A stretch of 63,669 bases of DNA, filler included, from Saprolegnia diclina VS20 (GCF_000281045.1; 11 parts of 11 records of this genome joined end to end with filler, not necessarily neighbours in it); one strand, 5' to 3'. Counted from the first letter of the whole stretch, positions 10,973-24,010 are shown. Notes: generated from the sequence alone by a model not told the origin. A program made the numbers and translations.

Positions 10973-12330
10973 ATGCCGTCGCGGTCCTCCAAAGTCGTGC
11001 GGCTCATCGCGACGGGCTGGACGTCCTTGGCCAAGACGACCAAGTCGCCCGTCGAGCTCATGCAAGATGCGCTCGTGTCGGCCACCAACGCCGCCGGCAT
11101 CAGCCTCCGCGACATTGGCGGGCTCATCGCGGTGCCGTCGCTCGCAGACCCGCACTTCATGGAAGCGCACTACGTCGCGACGCACATGGGCATCCTCCCA
11201 GCCAAGAACGTCGTCGTGCGCACGGTGGACACGGGCGGCGCGGGCCCGGTCACGGCCTTGCTGGCGGCCAAGCGCATGGTGGTACGTTTTAGTTTGTTCT
11301 TGGACAGCGCAAATGCGGCGGTACAATAGGAGTACGAGGGCGTCGACTGCGTGGCGGTAGTCGCCGGTGACGCTGTGCGTCAGCTCTCTGGTGACGAGTT
11401 CCTTCGCCGCGCTGACCAAACGTGCTACCACCCCGCGTCTGGCCTCTCGTCGCCTGTGATTCCATCTGGCTATGGTATCCTTATTATTTGATGACGCATC
11501 ATTATGGGATCCAACTAGACCGCATTGCCCGCTATCAAATGGACAAATTTGGCGTCACGCGCGCCGAGCTCGCTGCATGTTCGGCCGTCATGTCCATCAT
11601 GGCGTCGCAGCACCCGCTCGCAATGACCAAAGTGCCCCGAACGATCGAAGAGGTTCTCGCGTCGCCACCGGTGGCATCCGTGACCAACCTTCTCGAATGC
11701 GCCCGCCGGGCCGACGGCGGAGCTGCCCTCCTAGTGGCCTCGCCGCGCTTCCTCGAGCGCAAGGGCATTCCGGCGTCGACAGGCGCTGTCATCATTGGTG
11801 GTGGCGAAGCGTCCGGGCCGCTGTACCCGCCGGCGCTCGCCGACATCAACGAAGACATGTTTTCTTGCGAGCAAGGTACGACTGTTTCGGTCTTATTGCC
11901 GACATGCATTGATTATCTTGGGATAGCAACCAAAATGGCGTACGAGGAGGCGAACGTGAGCGTGCGGGACATTGACTTTTTCGGTCTCTACGACTGCTAC
12001 CCCGTGTGCTTGATCCGCGCCGTCGAAGCTGTCGGCCTCGCAGACCAAGGCGAGGGCGGTCGGTACATCTTGGGCAAGTACCACGAGCTCGTGGCCAACC
12101 CGGAGAAGCGCCCGCAAGACATTCTGCCCATCAACACGCACGGCGGTCTCTTAGCGTTTGGTGCGCCGTGGGAAGTCCCCGCCATGTACAATATCATCGA
12201 AGCATTCCACCAGATCACCAACACGGCGGCGACGCGGCAGATCCCCAACGTCCGGCGCGCGCTCGTGTACGGCAACGGCGGCATCTTCTCCCACAGCGCT
12301 GTCGCCATCCTGGGCAATGGCGTCTACTAA
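10973..12330 (+). CDS. Thiolase-superfamily protein (SCP-x/non-specific lipid-transfer-protein-like); exons 10973-11281, 11330-11474, 11519-11875, 11927-12330
   Basis: Motifs LECARRADGGAALLV, DIDFFGLYDCY, LPINTHGGLLAFG and ALVYGNGG. Three short GT-AG introns (48, 44, 51 nt) give a continuous frame. Confidence 0.88.
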
Positions 12331-12766
12331 GATTCCCGTATCGCTTTCACGACAGCTGCGAGCTACATTGCACCCTGTCTTCATGCAAAATGCGACCTGT
12401 AGCTAAATTCCTAAAATACGTATCCTGGCCAAGTTGTGTTCTTGTTGTGTGGTACACTGTCATCGAATTTACCTACTACAAACCGACAATTCCACGACTC
12501 ACGCTATCAAACATGTACTGCCATCGACTGTGCTGTATTCAAATTCTAGGTCATTGCTCAACTGACGAAGGTTGTCTGCCATGACTTTGACGCGCTCGGT
12601 ACAGTCTAGTACTGAGTGTACGCAGCAAGTTTCTGCCTTTACAGTATATATGTGCTAGCAGTGACCGTGTATCTTGTAGTTCAACACAGTAGACGTAACA
12701 TTAACATGACTTTATTTGATGACTTCGTCAACACATACGGCCAGCGACATTGACGAATGATCCAAC

Positions 12767-12866
12767 TTAGAGCGTGTTGCAGCTCGGGGTAATGAACGGC
12801 GTCGAGATGGCTTCCGGCGCCGCGCCGAGACCACACGTGACTTTGGCCGCCAGCGCCTTGAACGTA
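12767..12866 (-). CDS. SUEL lectin paralog, 3' end only (scaffold edge)
   Basis: The reverse complement encodes TFKALAAKVTCGLGAAPEAISTPFITPSCNTL*. Confidence 0.75.
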
Positions 12867-13120
12867 NNNNNNNNNNNNNNNNNNNNNNNNNNNNNNNNNN
12901 NNNNNNNNNNTTAATTAATTAANNNNNNNNNNNNNNNNNNNNNNNNNNNNNNNNNNNNNNNNNNNNTGCAACGCCCAAGTGCTCACAGTCACTCCAACCA
13001 TCGCACATTTGCCCGGTAGAGCGTCGTACAAACCGAAATGTATGATGATCTGACAACTGCTCCATGGCCACGTCAACGGCGTAGACCAACGTCACAACAC
13101 GACTATGATACAAAGCTCAT

Positions 13121-14545
13121 TTACCCAGCGGCCACTGTTGGTATTATCCTCTGTATATTGGGACATACGATCGCACACACGCGGGAGATGACGGTCGGTT
13201 TCTTGTGCAGTCGCTGCACCGTCTCGTCCGTGTACAGGTTGTCGGACAAGTCAATGTGGCGGAGTTGTTTGCAGAGCCGGCACGTTTTTACTGTCGCCGC
13301 CAAGCTTTTATCCGTGAGCTGGTTGCGATCCAAGCACAGCGTCTCCAGTGCGCTGCAGCCAACGAGACCGGGCAAGATGGCAACGATCCCGTCATCAAAC
13401 AAATCGTTGGCCGACAAGACGAGGTGCTGCAGCGCGCGCAGTGTCGGGAGAAGTGGACTTAACGCGCGGCTGCCTCGGATCATGAGATAGCAGTGCGACA
13501 AGTTGAGCGTTGTGAGCTGCGCCAAGTTGGGCCCGAGAAGCATCAGCACATTCGGGCTCGGGTGCCACGAGAGGTCGAGCGACGCGATGCGAGCGGTTGC
13601 TAGCTGCGATTTCAGTTGCGTTGTGTATAATGAGGGTGCATGCGGATACTCGATGCGAAGCGCACGCAATGTGCGCGGCAGCGGGCGTTGGACAAAGGCC
13701 TCGAGCAGTATTGTGGACTGCGATAAATCGAGGGTGCGCAGCGTGCGGGAGGCAGCGAGCGCCGTTGCGAGGCGCCGTGCGGCCGGCGACAGTTCTTTGC
13801 TGTGGCAGGGCTCGGGATCGAGCCATGCAAACGACGTCACGGGCACTTGAAAGAGCCACGCGACGAGCGCGTAGCTACCGCTGTCGGACAAGAGGTCGCC
13901 GTGGAACATACTCGCGTGCAGATGGAAGTCGACAATGTTGGTGTCTTGGAGGCGGTGCAAGATCGGGTCAATGTCGCGTCCCCGCCACTGCGGATGATGG
14001 ATGTGCACGTGCAATTGGGTCGCGTGCACGCAGTGACCAATCGCTGTTGCGAGGCGTCCCAGCGTCAGTGCCGTCAATGGTACATTCGGAGGCTCGTTCA
14101 AACCGAGCACGAGCGACTGGACTCGATGCCCATGGTGGAGCAGCACATGGTGGATCTGCGAGACGGTCACACCGTCAAGCTCTAATAGCAGCCACACGGA
14201 CGATCGAAGCAGCGCTTCCAGTGGCTGCAAGGACGGCGGAAGGCGGTTGAGCAACGTCAGATGCCCTTGACCGACGCGACAATATGGGTGCCAGCGCAAG
14301 AACCCGACAAGGGACCGGACATCGGGCTGTGCGCGGGCAGCGTCGTGGAGCGAAACGTGTGGCCATAGAGCGTCTTCTGTCATACACGTCGCCAAATGCA
14401 TCGCACACTGCAGCGGCGTCGTCCATCGGGAAGCACCCACAGCGCGAAGCAGCCTAAAAAACGCTGCCGGTGACGACACGTACTCAGCAATATGCTCGAC
14501 AACGACAGCAGGAACAGCTTGCAACGGCTGTGGTTTGCGCACCAT
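13121..14545 (-). CDS. RNI-like leucine-rich-repeat protein
   Basis: Repeats LRTLDLSQS, IASLDLSWH, LTTLNLSHC, LQHLVLSAN, LETLCLDRN and LRHIDLSDN. The N-terminus is F-box-like (VPAVVVEHIAEYV). The 3' end is uncertain. Confidence 0.8.
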   Translation of the reverse strand: MVRKPQPLQAVPAVVVEHIAEYVSSPAAFFRLLRAVGASRWTTPLQCAMHLATCMTEDALWPHVSLHDAARAQPDVRSLVGFLRWHPYCRVGQGHLTLLNRLPPSLQPLEALLRSSVWLLLELDGVTVSQIHHVLLHHGHRVQSLVLGLNEPPNVPLTALTLGRLATAIGHCVHATQLHVHIHHPQWRGRDIDPILHRLQDTNIVDFHLHASMFHGDLLSDSGSYALVAWLFQVPVTSFAWLDPEPCHSKELSPAARRLATALAASRTLRTLDLSQSTILLEAFVQRPLPRTLRALRIEYPHAPSLYTTQLKSQLATARIASLDLSWHPSPNVLMLLGPNLAQLTTLNLSHCYLMIRGSRALSPLLPTLRALQHLVLSANDLFDDGIVAILPGLVGCSALETLCLDRNQLTDKSLAATVKTCRLCKQLRHIDLSDNLYTDETVQRLHKKPTVISRVCAIVCPNIQRIIPTVAAG

Positions 14546-14877
14546 CGAGCATGTACCAATGTGAAGACGCACGCGTCTATAGTTGTGTCAACCGACATGC
14601 CAGCGGAGAATCGGAATGGCGTCCTGCCAACGGCGCACAGATCTCGCCGACCGCCGTTATCGCGCGCGAAGAAGCGTCTTTTCTTATTGTTTTCATAGAT
14701 ATATAAGAAATGTGCTGTCCTCGCTCCTAGCGTCGTGGCGTGGCACCGCGAGAGACCGCGCCAACGATCGCCATGTGCATTCGAAAATCCAACGTCGCTC
14801 TAAAAATACCAGCCAATCCGAAACGTGCAAACGGGCTCGAATTTTTCATGCCAGCCAATCCTTGCGTCACTACGATC

Positions 14878-16840
14878 TTAGTGCAGCACTACGGTCGTGT
14901 CCTTGAGGATTTTGATGTTGTACACAAGGGGCGTGATATCCGCGAGCTGTGCGTCGAGCAAGTGCACATTGCGGTCGTTGTCTTGCACGACCATGCACTT
15001 GACGCTTGTTAAATCGTCTGTTGTCGTCGTCGTGACCGACGATGTTTGCAGCATCTTCTTTTTCGCCCGGAGCTCCTTCTCGGGGAGCCCAAAGCATGTC
15101 ACATGGTTCATAAAAAACCACTGCAGCGTACTGAGGCGGCGCGCCTTGCAGATGAGCATCGAGCCCTTGCTGCCGGCGCTAAGGTCGGGCTCGATACCAC
15201 TGAGGTAGTCGCACAAGATGGAGCTGCTGTTGAAGATAGCTTGGCGCGCGAGCGAGTTTTTAACGACAAGTTGCCACGACTTGTAGTAGAGCAAGTGGTC
15301 GGCCGCCAGAATGACGACGAGGTTGATGGCGAAGAGCACCAAGACTGCGGGGACGGCGCGGAGATAAAAGCTCTCAAAGGCGACCACATGAATCTCATCG
15401 AGGGGCTGCGTCTTCTGGTTGAGGTCGTGGGTGACGCTGTTGGTGTACTCAATGTACGGCGGGACGTACACGAGCATAAGCGCACTCGCGTACAGCGACG
15501 TGACACTTGTGAGGTTGAGATAGCGCATGATCTACACCAAATATGCGTTCCAAACTTCGTACAGAACAAACTACCATGCTTTCGCCGTTGTAGGACGATG
15601 TCGAAACGAGGTTCCAGATCAGTTTGAGCACTTTGAGCACCGCGCAGTTGATCCACAGAAAGCGCATCGTGAGAGCATACGTTTGCACAAGGTATCGAAA
15701 CGACGGCGCGTCCGCATTGTACAAATTCATGACACGCAAAAAATAGAGGCAGTTGCTCATGTCGAGGAGTACGCCAATCGCAAAGAAAAACACGAAAATG
15801 TCGGAATTGTAGCAAAACATGTCAAACCGCAGCGCCAAACTCGGGTACGGAAAGTACTTTGGCGAAATCGTGCGCAAAATTTTCGAAAAAATCGAGTCGA
15901 GTTTCAAACTCTCGAAATCGGCCCATTGCACCGTGCGGCGGCTCGCCAAGTAGCCGCCAACAGCAAACAAAATCGCAACCGCTTTCACATAGTGGGACGC
16001 CGACGAAAAGGCCGACTGCGGCAAGAGCAACCCGACCTTGTAGACCGACCCGACGTCGTTGACACTGCTGACAAGCTCCAGTGTCTTGGCCGCGTCGTCG
16101 TAGACCATGGTCGCGCGACAATGACCAAACCCGAGCTCAGGAACCGGACTGCACCCGGTGCAAAAGCTCTTTGGAAATAGCTTGAAAAATCCAATCCGCG
16201 TCGACTGGAGGCGTGAATGGTTGGCGACCGAAACACCCGTTGTGAGACGCATGTCGGTGCCGGTGCGACCGGGTGCGTACCCGAGACTCTGGAGCACATC
16301 GTCTTGCATGCTTGCATTGGCTCTCATCTCGGTCGTAAACAAATGCGAGAGCGCACTGCCCTTGTAATACGTCACGGCGTTGGACGCGACACCGAGGTAC
16401 GCAGTTGACGATGCGACCATATCAAAGGGGTACGTGGCCACCAGCATCTTGCACTGATCGATGCTGGCTGAGAGCGGAAACGACCCGACCGAGATGAAGT
16501 AGACATCCGGGCTCTTGGTCACCATCGCGTGGACCGTATGGTTGATCATCCAAAACCCGATCTTGGACACATCGTCCAACCCGCTGGCGACTGGAAAGCT
16601 ATACTGCGCCGTGAGGTCGGATGCATGCGAGACGGTCGCGAGGGGCGTCAAGAACGCATAGGCGTCCCCGATGTAGTCGTTGATGGCCCAGTTGTTGGTG
16701 ACGCTATCGATCGCGACAAGCAGAATAACAACAAGCCCGAGGAGCATATCAAAGTGTCGCAAAAGCTTGGCCACACGCGCGCGCGGCGGCTTGACTTGAA
16801 CCACATACGACGTCGGCCCATTTGGCGCCAGCGGTACCAT
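14878..16840 (-). CDS. Uncharacterised multi-pass membrane protein; exons 16840-15575 and 15531-14878
   Basis: Two long ORFs joined by a 43-nt GT-AG intron (15574-15532; GESM|IMRY). N-terminal TM segment, a lumenal domain, then several hydrophobic helices. Confidence 0.8.
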
Positions 16841-17877
16841 AGCCGGCCTCGTTTCGCGCCGATGGATTTAGCAAGTGCCAACCGGCGCGTTTCCAACGGA
16901 TCGGTTTCGTGGTTTTGGATAGTACAGTATCCAGTTTTGGATAGGCGTACTATCCAAGTACACATCTACTTCCGTCGTTCATCTCGTCGCGGGTCGTGTT
17001 TGGGAGATTGACAAGTCGTATGCTCTCGGTTGGGGTCGATAATGGGAGTGTATTCCTGCCAGAATGGATGATCCAGCTGCCTCGAACGCCGCGCTCGGGC
17101 GTGTCGATCGATGCACTCTCAGCGTCGTTTCCGCGTAAAGCCCTGCAACGACGGAGCGCGGGCGCCATTTTGACCGGTCGCATCAACCGCCGTTGGGCTA
17201 GACCGGCCAAGTCGGCATTTTCAAAGTAGAATTGTCTGCAAAATGCAACTTTTAACGTAGCGACATCGATGGTCGATGGTCGGTGGATCCTCGCTCATAG
17301 ACCAAGTAGTATACCCGTCCCGAGAGATCTACTAGAGTCTGCATCGTGCAAAACGTAGCAACTCCGCGAGTCTTTTTTCTGTGTACAGCAAACCCATGGT
17401 ATATATATCGTGTAATTAATGTATTCACAATGGAATTTCCGAGCTGCCTCCGTTGATCGTGACGTTAACGCTTCGATTGCATGGGCCACCCACGTCAAGG
17501 CGCGACTGCGGACAGCTGCAGCAGCAGGAAGACGCCGTGCATGTCGCGGCCTCGAAAGCGTCCCGAGCTCCATGTATTTTGCAACGGTCTGGAGATGCAG
17601 GACACGGAGCCGCATCTGCACTTGGGCGTTAAGGCACAGAGGCCATCTCGGGGTCCTGGGCCAAGAACTAGGTCGTGTACGGCGACCAAGGCCGTTGGAG
17701 CTCGGCGAGACGCCAAGATGGACCGTTGTCGTGGGCGTGTCCGTGCGGCCAGGGCCAAGAGGTTGAGCGCATCGAGCTGGCGCAGCGCTTGCAGTCCGTC
17801 AACGGTTCACGTGCGACGTCCGGAGCTGATACAGAGTGGCGTTAGCGCCGTATTGTGCAAAAGCTGAAGAGTCGGCG

Positions 17878-18535
17878 CTACTGGCAGCTGAGCTCGAGAT
17901 GACGCAGTGTACCGTCGAAAAGGGCTTGCGCTAACATAGTCGTGTTGACCCTCGCGAGTGTCGAGATCGCCATCGTCACAAGCAGCGCCTCGGGATCGAT
18001 GGACCGTAGCATCATCTGCCGAGATCCAAGCCATAGCGCCACATGGTGTACGCTCGCGACCGGAAGCAGCTGGAGCCCCACCTGGTGCAGATGGACGTCT
18101 GACAAGAGCGGCGTCGTCGCGCCCATCCGGTGGCGCTGTTGTGACCTGCAAGTGCAGCGAGACGCTTCGCGGCAGCTCGGGACGCACGAGGTTGCGCGTG
18201 TCAAAGGGTGTACATGGCGGCGGTCGTACACGTGTACTGTATCGTAAAGCAGCGGCGTGCCCGTGACGCGCTCGGGCGTGCGCGACAGCATCACGTGCGC
18301 AGGTGCAGCGTGGGCCAGTAGTCACGTAGTGGCAGGAAGCCCACGAGCTCGGCGAGCGCGGCCAGCGTCGAGGCTGTGCAGCGCCAGCGTGCGCAAGAAG
18401 CCATGCACCATCTCGGGCGCGTTCGCGAAGCACAGGACGCGGCGCGCGCTCGGGCTGCAGCGGCGCGATCGGACCGTCCATCGGCGGCGTGACCACGTGG
18501 CAAGTCGGCGGTTGGAATTCTCGCATCAGCGACAA
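17878..18535 (-). pseudogene. Possible degraded LRR-family gene fragment
   Basis: VHLH...VALWL...ALFDGTLRHLELS loosely resembles the 13121-14545 protein, but frames are broken. Confidence 0.25.
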
Positions 18536-19366
18536 AATGTGGCTATTAGTGGCGAAATATGGCGCATGCCATATTCAACAAAACGGTTGATTTCTCAGGC
18601 TGTAGCTCTCGCACAAGGACAGGACATGGCGCGAAGAGGTCCTCTAAGCGTCTTCTATCGCCTGTCAAAGCTTGGGCGATTTCATTTTCAGACGCGATCG
18701 CCGCTGTTTCCAGCGTCAGCGCCCGCGCCGTGGCATTTCAACCGATCGTGGATTGGCTAAAAATGAAGAAAAAGGCGCAGCCTGCATTATTTTGTAAAAT
18801 CTTTTTTATGATGAGAAAATTGTATGGCCACCTCACAGCTTTCAATTGGCATATGCCACGTCTGGGCTGCCGAATCGTGGTCGACATTCGGCACTTTGTT
18901 CAAGCTAGGCGCTGCGGGGCACTGCTGCTGCTGAATGCTACCAAACGAGGAAGGCCCCAGAACTAGCTATTTCATAAACGCAGCTCTAAACCTCGACATC
19001 AGCCACGAATGGAGCCAAAATGGAACAAAATTCCATCGCGCGTCGAAGCGTCTCATCCGCGTTTGCTGCTCAGTTACTGCACACAGTGGTATCTATAACT
19101 CTCGGTGGTGATCAAGTCCATCGCCGCTCGTTTCGAGTGTTTTTGCAATACTTTAACCAAACCATTGAATGTCGTGAACAGCATTGTCCATACCGGTATC
19201 TCGTTGTCCACAGGACTGTACAAATCCACCAATCAAATCCGACGAATCGGTTCCTTTTCGTTGTTTTTAGCCAATCCCATGCCATCACAGCCAATGGCAA
19301 CTTCAACAAGTAGCTGGGTCTGGCGGGAATGGGCAATGCCAGATCCACATTCGCGCTCTGACACCC

Positions 19367-20260
19367 ATGCGTTGGTTGGCTCTGCTGTGCTTGACCCTGT
19401 TGAGCACCGCGCAGGTCATCGACGCGGCCGCCTGCACCGACGACGAGACGACGGCGGCGCTTGTGCCGTACAAGGCCGAGCTCGCGCTCAACCTCGCGCT
19501 CTGTGGCAACGACGTCGGCTACTCGACAGCGGCGATGGCCAACGGCGACTTTTTCTCGTCGTCGACGACGACGCCGGCGCGCGTGTCGGCCTTTCTCAAG
19601 AGCACCAACTGCCGCGCGCTCTTTGTTTTGTATCAAAAAGCCACGAGCAACATGGGATGCACGACCGGCTACCAAGGCGTCACATTCGAGCAGTACGCCG
19701 CGACGCTGCTGCCGGCCAGTGGTGCGACACCGACGCCGACGACAGCCAAGCCCGGTACAGCCAACTGCACCGACAACAGCACCATGACGGCCTTTGCCGC
19801 CATCGAGCCCGAGCGATCCCGGTTCCAGTCGCGCTGCGCGATCGACATGGGCGACATCCCAGTCGCGTACCTCTACAACAATACGCTCAAGCACAAGATC
19901 ACCGATACGCAATTTGCAGCGTTTTTAGCCAGTTCCGACTGTGCGGCGGTCGTCGCGGTCGAGAAGAAGGCGTGGGGTGCGATCACGCCGCCTTGCGTCA
20001 TGTACGACGGTGCGCTGGCGTTTACGACACGCGAGATTAGCACCTGGACGTTTACCGAGTACGCGCAGCGCTTTTACGAACGCAACATCCCGTCAACGAC
20101 GTCGCCAGCGTCTCGAAGCCCAACGGACGCGCCACGCACGAGCACGAGCACGACCGAGGCGCCTCGACCAGTCGCGCAGTCGGCCGCCGCCCGACGGCCA
20201 ACGAGCGCTCTACTCGGTCTTGCAGTCCTTTTCGCAGCGACATGGGGTTGTGTGAGCTAG
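19367..20260 (+). CDS. Secreted protein with two elicitin-like Cys domains, Thr/Pro linker and probable GPI signal
   Basis: Signal peptide. Two repeats of CTD...A...C..D.G....AFL.S..C. S/T/P-rich stalk and hydrophobic C-terminus (LLGLAVLFAATW). Confidence 0.75.
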   Translation: MRWLALLCLTLLSTAQVIDAAACTDDETTAALVPYKAELALNLALCGNDVGYSTAAMANGDFFSSSTTTPARVSAFLKSTNCRALFVLYQKATSNMGCTTGYQGVTFEQYAATLLPASGATPTPTTAKPGTANCTDNSTMTAFAAIEPERSRFQSRCAIDMGDIPVAYLYNNTLKHKITDTQFAAFLASSDCAAVVAVEKKAWGAITPPCVMYDGALAFTTREISTWTFTEYAQRFYERNIPSTTSPASRSPTDAPRTSTSTTEAPRPVAQSAAARRPTSALLGLAVLFAATWGCVS

Positions 20261-21093
20261 TTGCCCACGGCGAGAACAAATGTAAACTTTATTTTCTTTT
20301 CAATTTCTTCCACGAGGTATTATACTAATAGTTCAGGGAATTCCAGGACGACGACGCTATGTAGTAGGACGCTATGAGCGTGTTTTGCGTTATCCTTTCG
20401 GGTCCAATACACGTTTCCTACAGAGAGACTGGCAAACGTCGCGCAGATTCGTGGGCGGCTCTAGCTCCTTTGGAGTCGCCGGTGCACGCTTGCGCCCCTG
20501 GCAATTGCCCACGACACCACGGAGGTGGGTGGTGGCGAAGGCAACAAGGCAGTGCGGTGCCCTCTAGCTGCACTGGAGCCATTAGACGACCCGTGAGAAT
20601 CTTCCGACGATGCTAACTTTGCCAACACCCTTGCAAAGGCTGGTGTCGAAGAAGTTCGTCGCGCCTCGAAGCTTTGCCCCCTCTCCAAGTGATATGGATT
20701 GCTATTATACATCGTATCGTGCCAGCTCCGATTGTGGTCTGCTGGTGTGTCCACCTCTCTCGCACCAAGCACAGCTCTGGCTCTGGCTTGCAATAACATG
20801 GACGGTTGGACTAGTCAAACATAAACACTGCGATATATATATTGTATTGCTCACACAAGTCACCATGGCAGCGGTCAATATGTGCCACATGTCGACACTT
20901 CACCACTTCCACTGGACGCACCACTGACCACGGAGCCCAATTGGAGTCGATTTGCTCGCCTTCCACCAATCCGACGACACGAAATCGATCTTTTCAGCCA
21001 ATCCATGCGCGCGGTCACAGCCGACAGCAACCAGCTACTTGTTGAAGATGCAGTCGCACCAAGATCGAAGTGCACTTTTTCTTTGAGCGAGCC

Positions 21094-21509
21094 ATGCATT
21101 GGTATAGCTATCGTTGGCTCGCAGTGCTAAGTCTCTTGCCAAGCGTGGATGCGGCAACGTGCACGGACGCCGAGACCACCGCCGCGCTTGCACCGTACTC
21201 GACCGCGATCACCATCGACATTCAGCTCTGCGCCGCCGACATGGGCTACACGCGGGCTGACCTGCTCGCTGGCAAGTTTCTCTCATCGTCGACGACACCA
21301 GCGCAAGTGACTGCGTTTCTAAAGAGCGCCAACTGCCGAACGCTCTTCAACTTGTACCAAATCGGCACGAGCTCGCTCTCGTGCTCGACGGGCTACCAAG
21401 GCGTGACGTTTGAGCAATTCGCCGCAACGATCATCCCCGGTACGTCGGCCGCACCGGCCACAAGCAAACCGGCGACGGCCGCGCCAGTGACGGCCGCGCC
21501 AGTGACAGC
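21094..21509 (+). CDS. Paralogous secreted elicitin-like protein, 3' truncated by scaffold end
   Basis: Signal peptide, then ATCTDAETTAALAPY...AFLKSANCRTLF...TGYQGVTFEQ, very similar to domain 1 of 19367-20260. TAAPV repeats follow. Confidence 0.75.
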
Positions 21510-21609
21510 NNNNNNNNNNNNNNNNNNNNNNNNNNNNNNNNNNNNNNNNNNNNTTAATTAATTAANNNNNNNNNNNNNNNNNNNNNNNNNNNNNNNNNNN
21601 NNNNNNNNN

Positions 21610-22453
21610 ACTTGACGGCCGACGGGATAAGCTCCTTGATTGAGAGCGTCACCATCATGCCCGTGACGATACCAAACATGACGCCTTCCACGGTTGGGTT
21701 GAGGCCGTCACCGAGGATGAAAAAGGCGAGGATGGCACCGAGAGGCTCCGCGAGTGACGAGCCGCAGGCCCACAAGAACGCCTTCCAGCGGCTGCCGGTG
21801 GCAAAGTAGACGGGCGTCGCGACGGCAATGCCTTCCGGGAGGTTGTGCAGCGCAATGCCAATGGCAAGCGTGGCACCGACCTTGAGGTCGCGGACCGCCG
21901 CCGTGTACGTGGCGACACCTTCCGGAAGGTTGTGTATCGCAAGCGCAATGGCCGTGAGGACACCAGTGCGGTTCATGGCCGCCTTGTCCTTGTTGGCGAG
22001 TAAATCAAAGTCCGCTTCGTTGCGGGGCGTCACAAGAGGCATGTGGCCGTCGACGATTTGCTCGAGGCGCGAGAGATCCGCAACGTCGATCTCGTCCTTG
22101 AGATCGGGCGAGAGACGGTGCACGAGCGCATCGAGGAGGTAGATGATGCCGGCGCCAACGGCAAAGCAAATGTTGGTAAAGACCCACGCGTGGCCTTCGC
22201 ACGTCGGGTCGCACCCGCCAGCCTCGTCAGCGTTGCCAGCCATAAACTGCTCGACCGACTTGCCAAAGATTTCGACAAGCGAGATGAAGAGCATAACGCC
22301 GCCCGCGAGCGCAAGCGCGATCGAGAGGTTCTTGGCGTTGGCCATCTTGACCATGGACGCGCTAAAGATGACGAGGCCGCCGAGGCAGGTCGCGGCCGCT
22401 GCAGCCCACGTAAGGGCAAATGCGATACCGACTTCTTTTGTGACTTCCGGCAT
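21610..22453 (-). CDS. ZIP-family zinc/iron permease (ZupT/GufA-like), 3' truncated
   Basis: AIHNLPEG and ALHNLPEGIAV metal-site motifs; AGGVMLFISLVEI; SLAEPLGA; multiple TM helices. Confidence 0.92.
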
Positions 22454-24010
22454 GCTAGTTGTTGGCGACGGTGGTGGCAGTGGTAGTGTAGAGAGGGCAG
22501 AGAGTTGACGAATGAGGCAAGATGTGTGGTGCGCTACCCTGAACGTGCAAGCTCATAGAACAACACGGACATTACGTAAGATGGGCCGATACGCCGCCGT
22601 CTTCAAGATACGAGGAGTGCGCCGGCACGTCGAAAAAGGAACAACTTGTCAAGAATCGAAAGTTGGAGACTGAACGTGGCCAATAAGAAAACGCGCGTCG
22701 TTGGATTGGCTCAAGGCGACGCGCAGAGGATAACGGCAATCGAAACCTATGTTTGGCAACAGGCGCTGTGTCGGGAGTACGCAGGCTTGCTGGTTTCNNN
22801 NNNNNNNNNNNNNNNNNNNNNNNNNNNNNNNNNNNNNNNNNTTAATTAATTAANNNNNNNNNNNNNNNNNNNNNNNNNNNNNNNNNNNNNNNNNNNNTGT
22901 TAGTAAATCGCCAGTGCCCTTGGTATGAGTAGGTAGAATCCTGAGCGCGCTCTTGGGCTGCTCGTGTATGCTGGTATAGCGACCGAGTGGCCGCAGTGCG
23001 GTTGCGTGCGCGATGCTCGCGCTGGAGGCGTAGATGCGAAGGGTGTCAGCGTCTTGGCTAAAGGTAATCGAAGCCATGGTGCGTCGCGCGCCCGACGGCC
23101 ACCGTCGCGTGCGCCAGCTGATCGTCGCTCGTCGAGGCCGGGCAAGCGTGCGGATGGTGTCGGACTCGTCAATGATGACGCCAGCCACTGAGCGTCTTCC
23201 TTGAGGCGCACCGAGCTGGAAATCACCAACGAGAGACTAAGCTTGGGGCCTTGGTTGCCGCGCAGATGCGGCATATGTGGCCGTAAGAAAGCAAGGTACT
23301 TGCAGAAGCTTAGCTTTTGGCTGATACTACAAATTCGTGGATGGCTCGAGCCGCTTGCTCTGCGCCTGGATCTTGTAACGTGTGCGTGCTTCCATATCTT
23401 GGTCTTCTAGAACGCTCGGCCCTGCGCGGAAAACCTCTTCCACTTCTTGGAAACGGAACGTGTACTTTTCGCGTTAGAATTCCGAGACGGTTCGTGAATA
23501 CGAGTGGGGTGCGCACTGTTTTCGCAAATGCAGAATTTCACAGTTCATCGTTCGGACGATGGAAGACGTACCGTATACCTCAAAACAACTCACCCACCAA
23601 ATCGGCCAAAAAAGAGGAAAATTTATGATGTGCAATTTCCCTAAAAATGAGTTATTATGAGGTCTCATCCAAATTGGGCAGTGGTGTGATATTATGATGT
23701 GATACAATACGCCGCGTTACAGCTTGTTACACGTTATACATTAAAGATGCTCAAGTAATGAACGTGTTACGGCGTCGTAGCGTAGCTGTTAGAGCTCGCA
23801 GTTAGCAGTGCGCGTTGTTGCGGCGCGGGTTCAATTCCTCTTCTTCAGGGGTTTTTGCACGATCCAACTTTTGAAAAAGAGACATCGGCACTGGGAGAGA
23901 CCTCTGGGAGAGAGACTTGCGTGACCCTGAGCGGTACCGGTACCTAATTAAATTGATGTTCTTCAACTCTCATTCCTACATTGCACCTCGTCCCCCAAGC
24001 CAGCATGAAC

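Noticed and set aside
23771..23845. Functional tRNA gene
   Set aside because: Acceptor and T stems do not pair; kept only as a tRNA-like motif.
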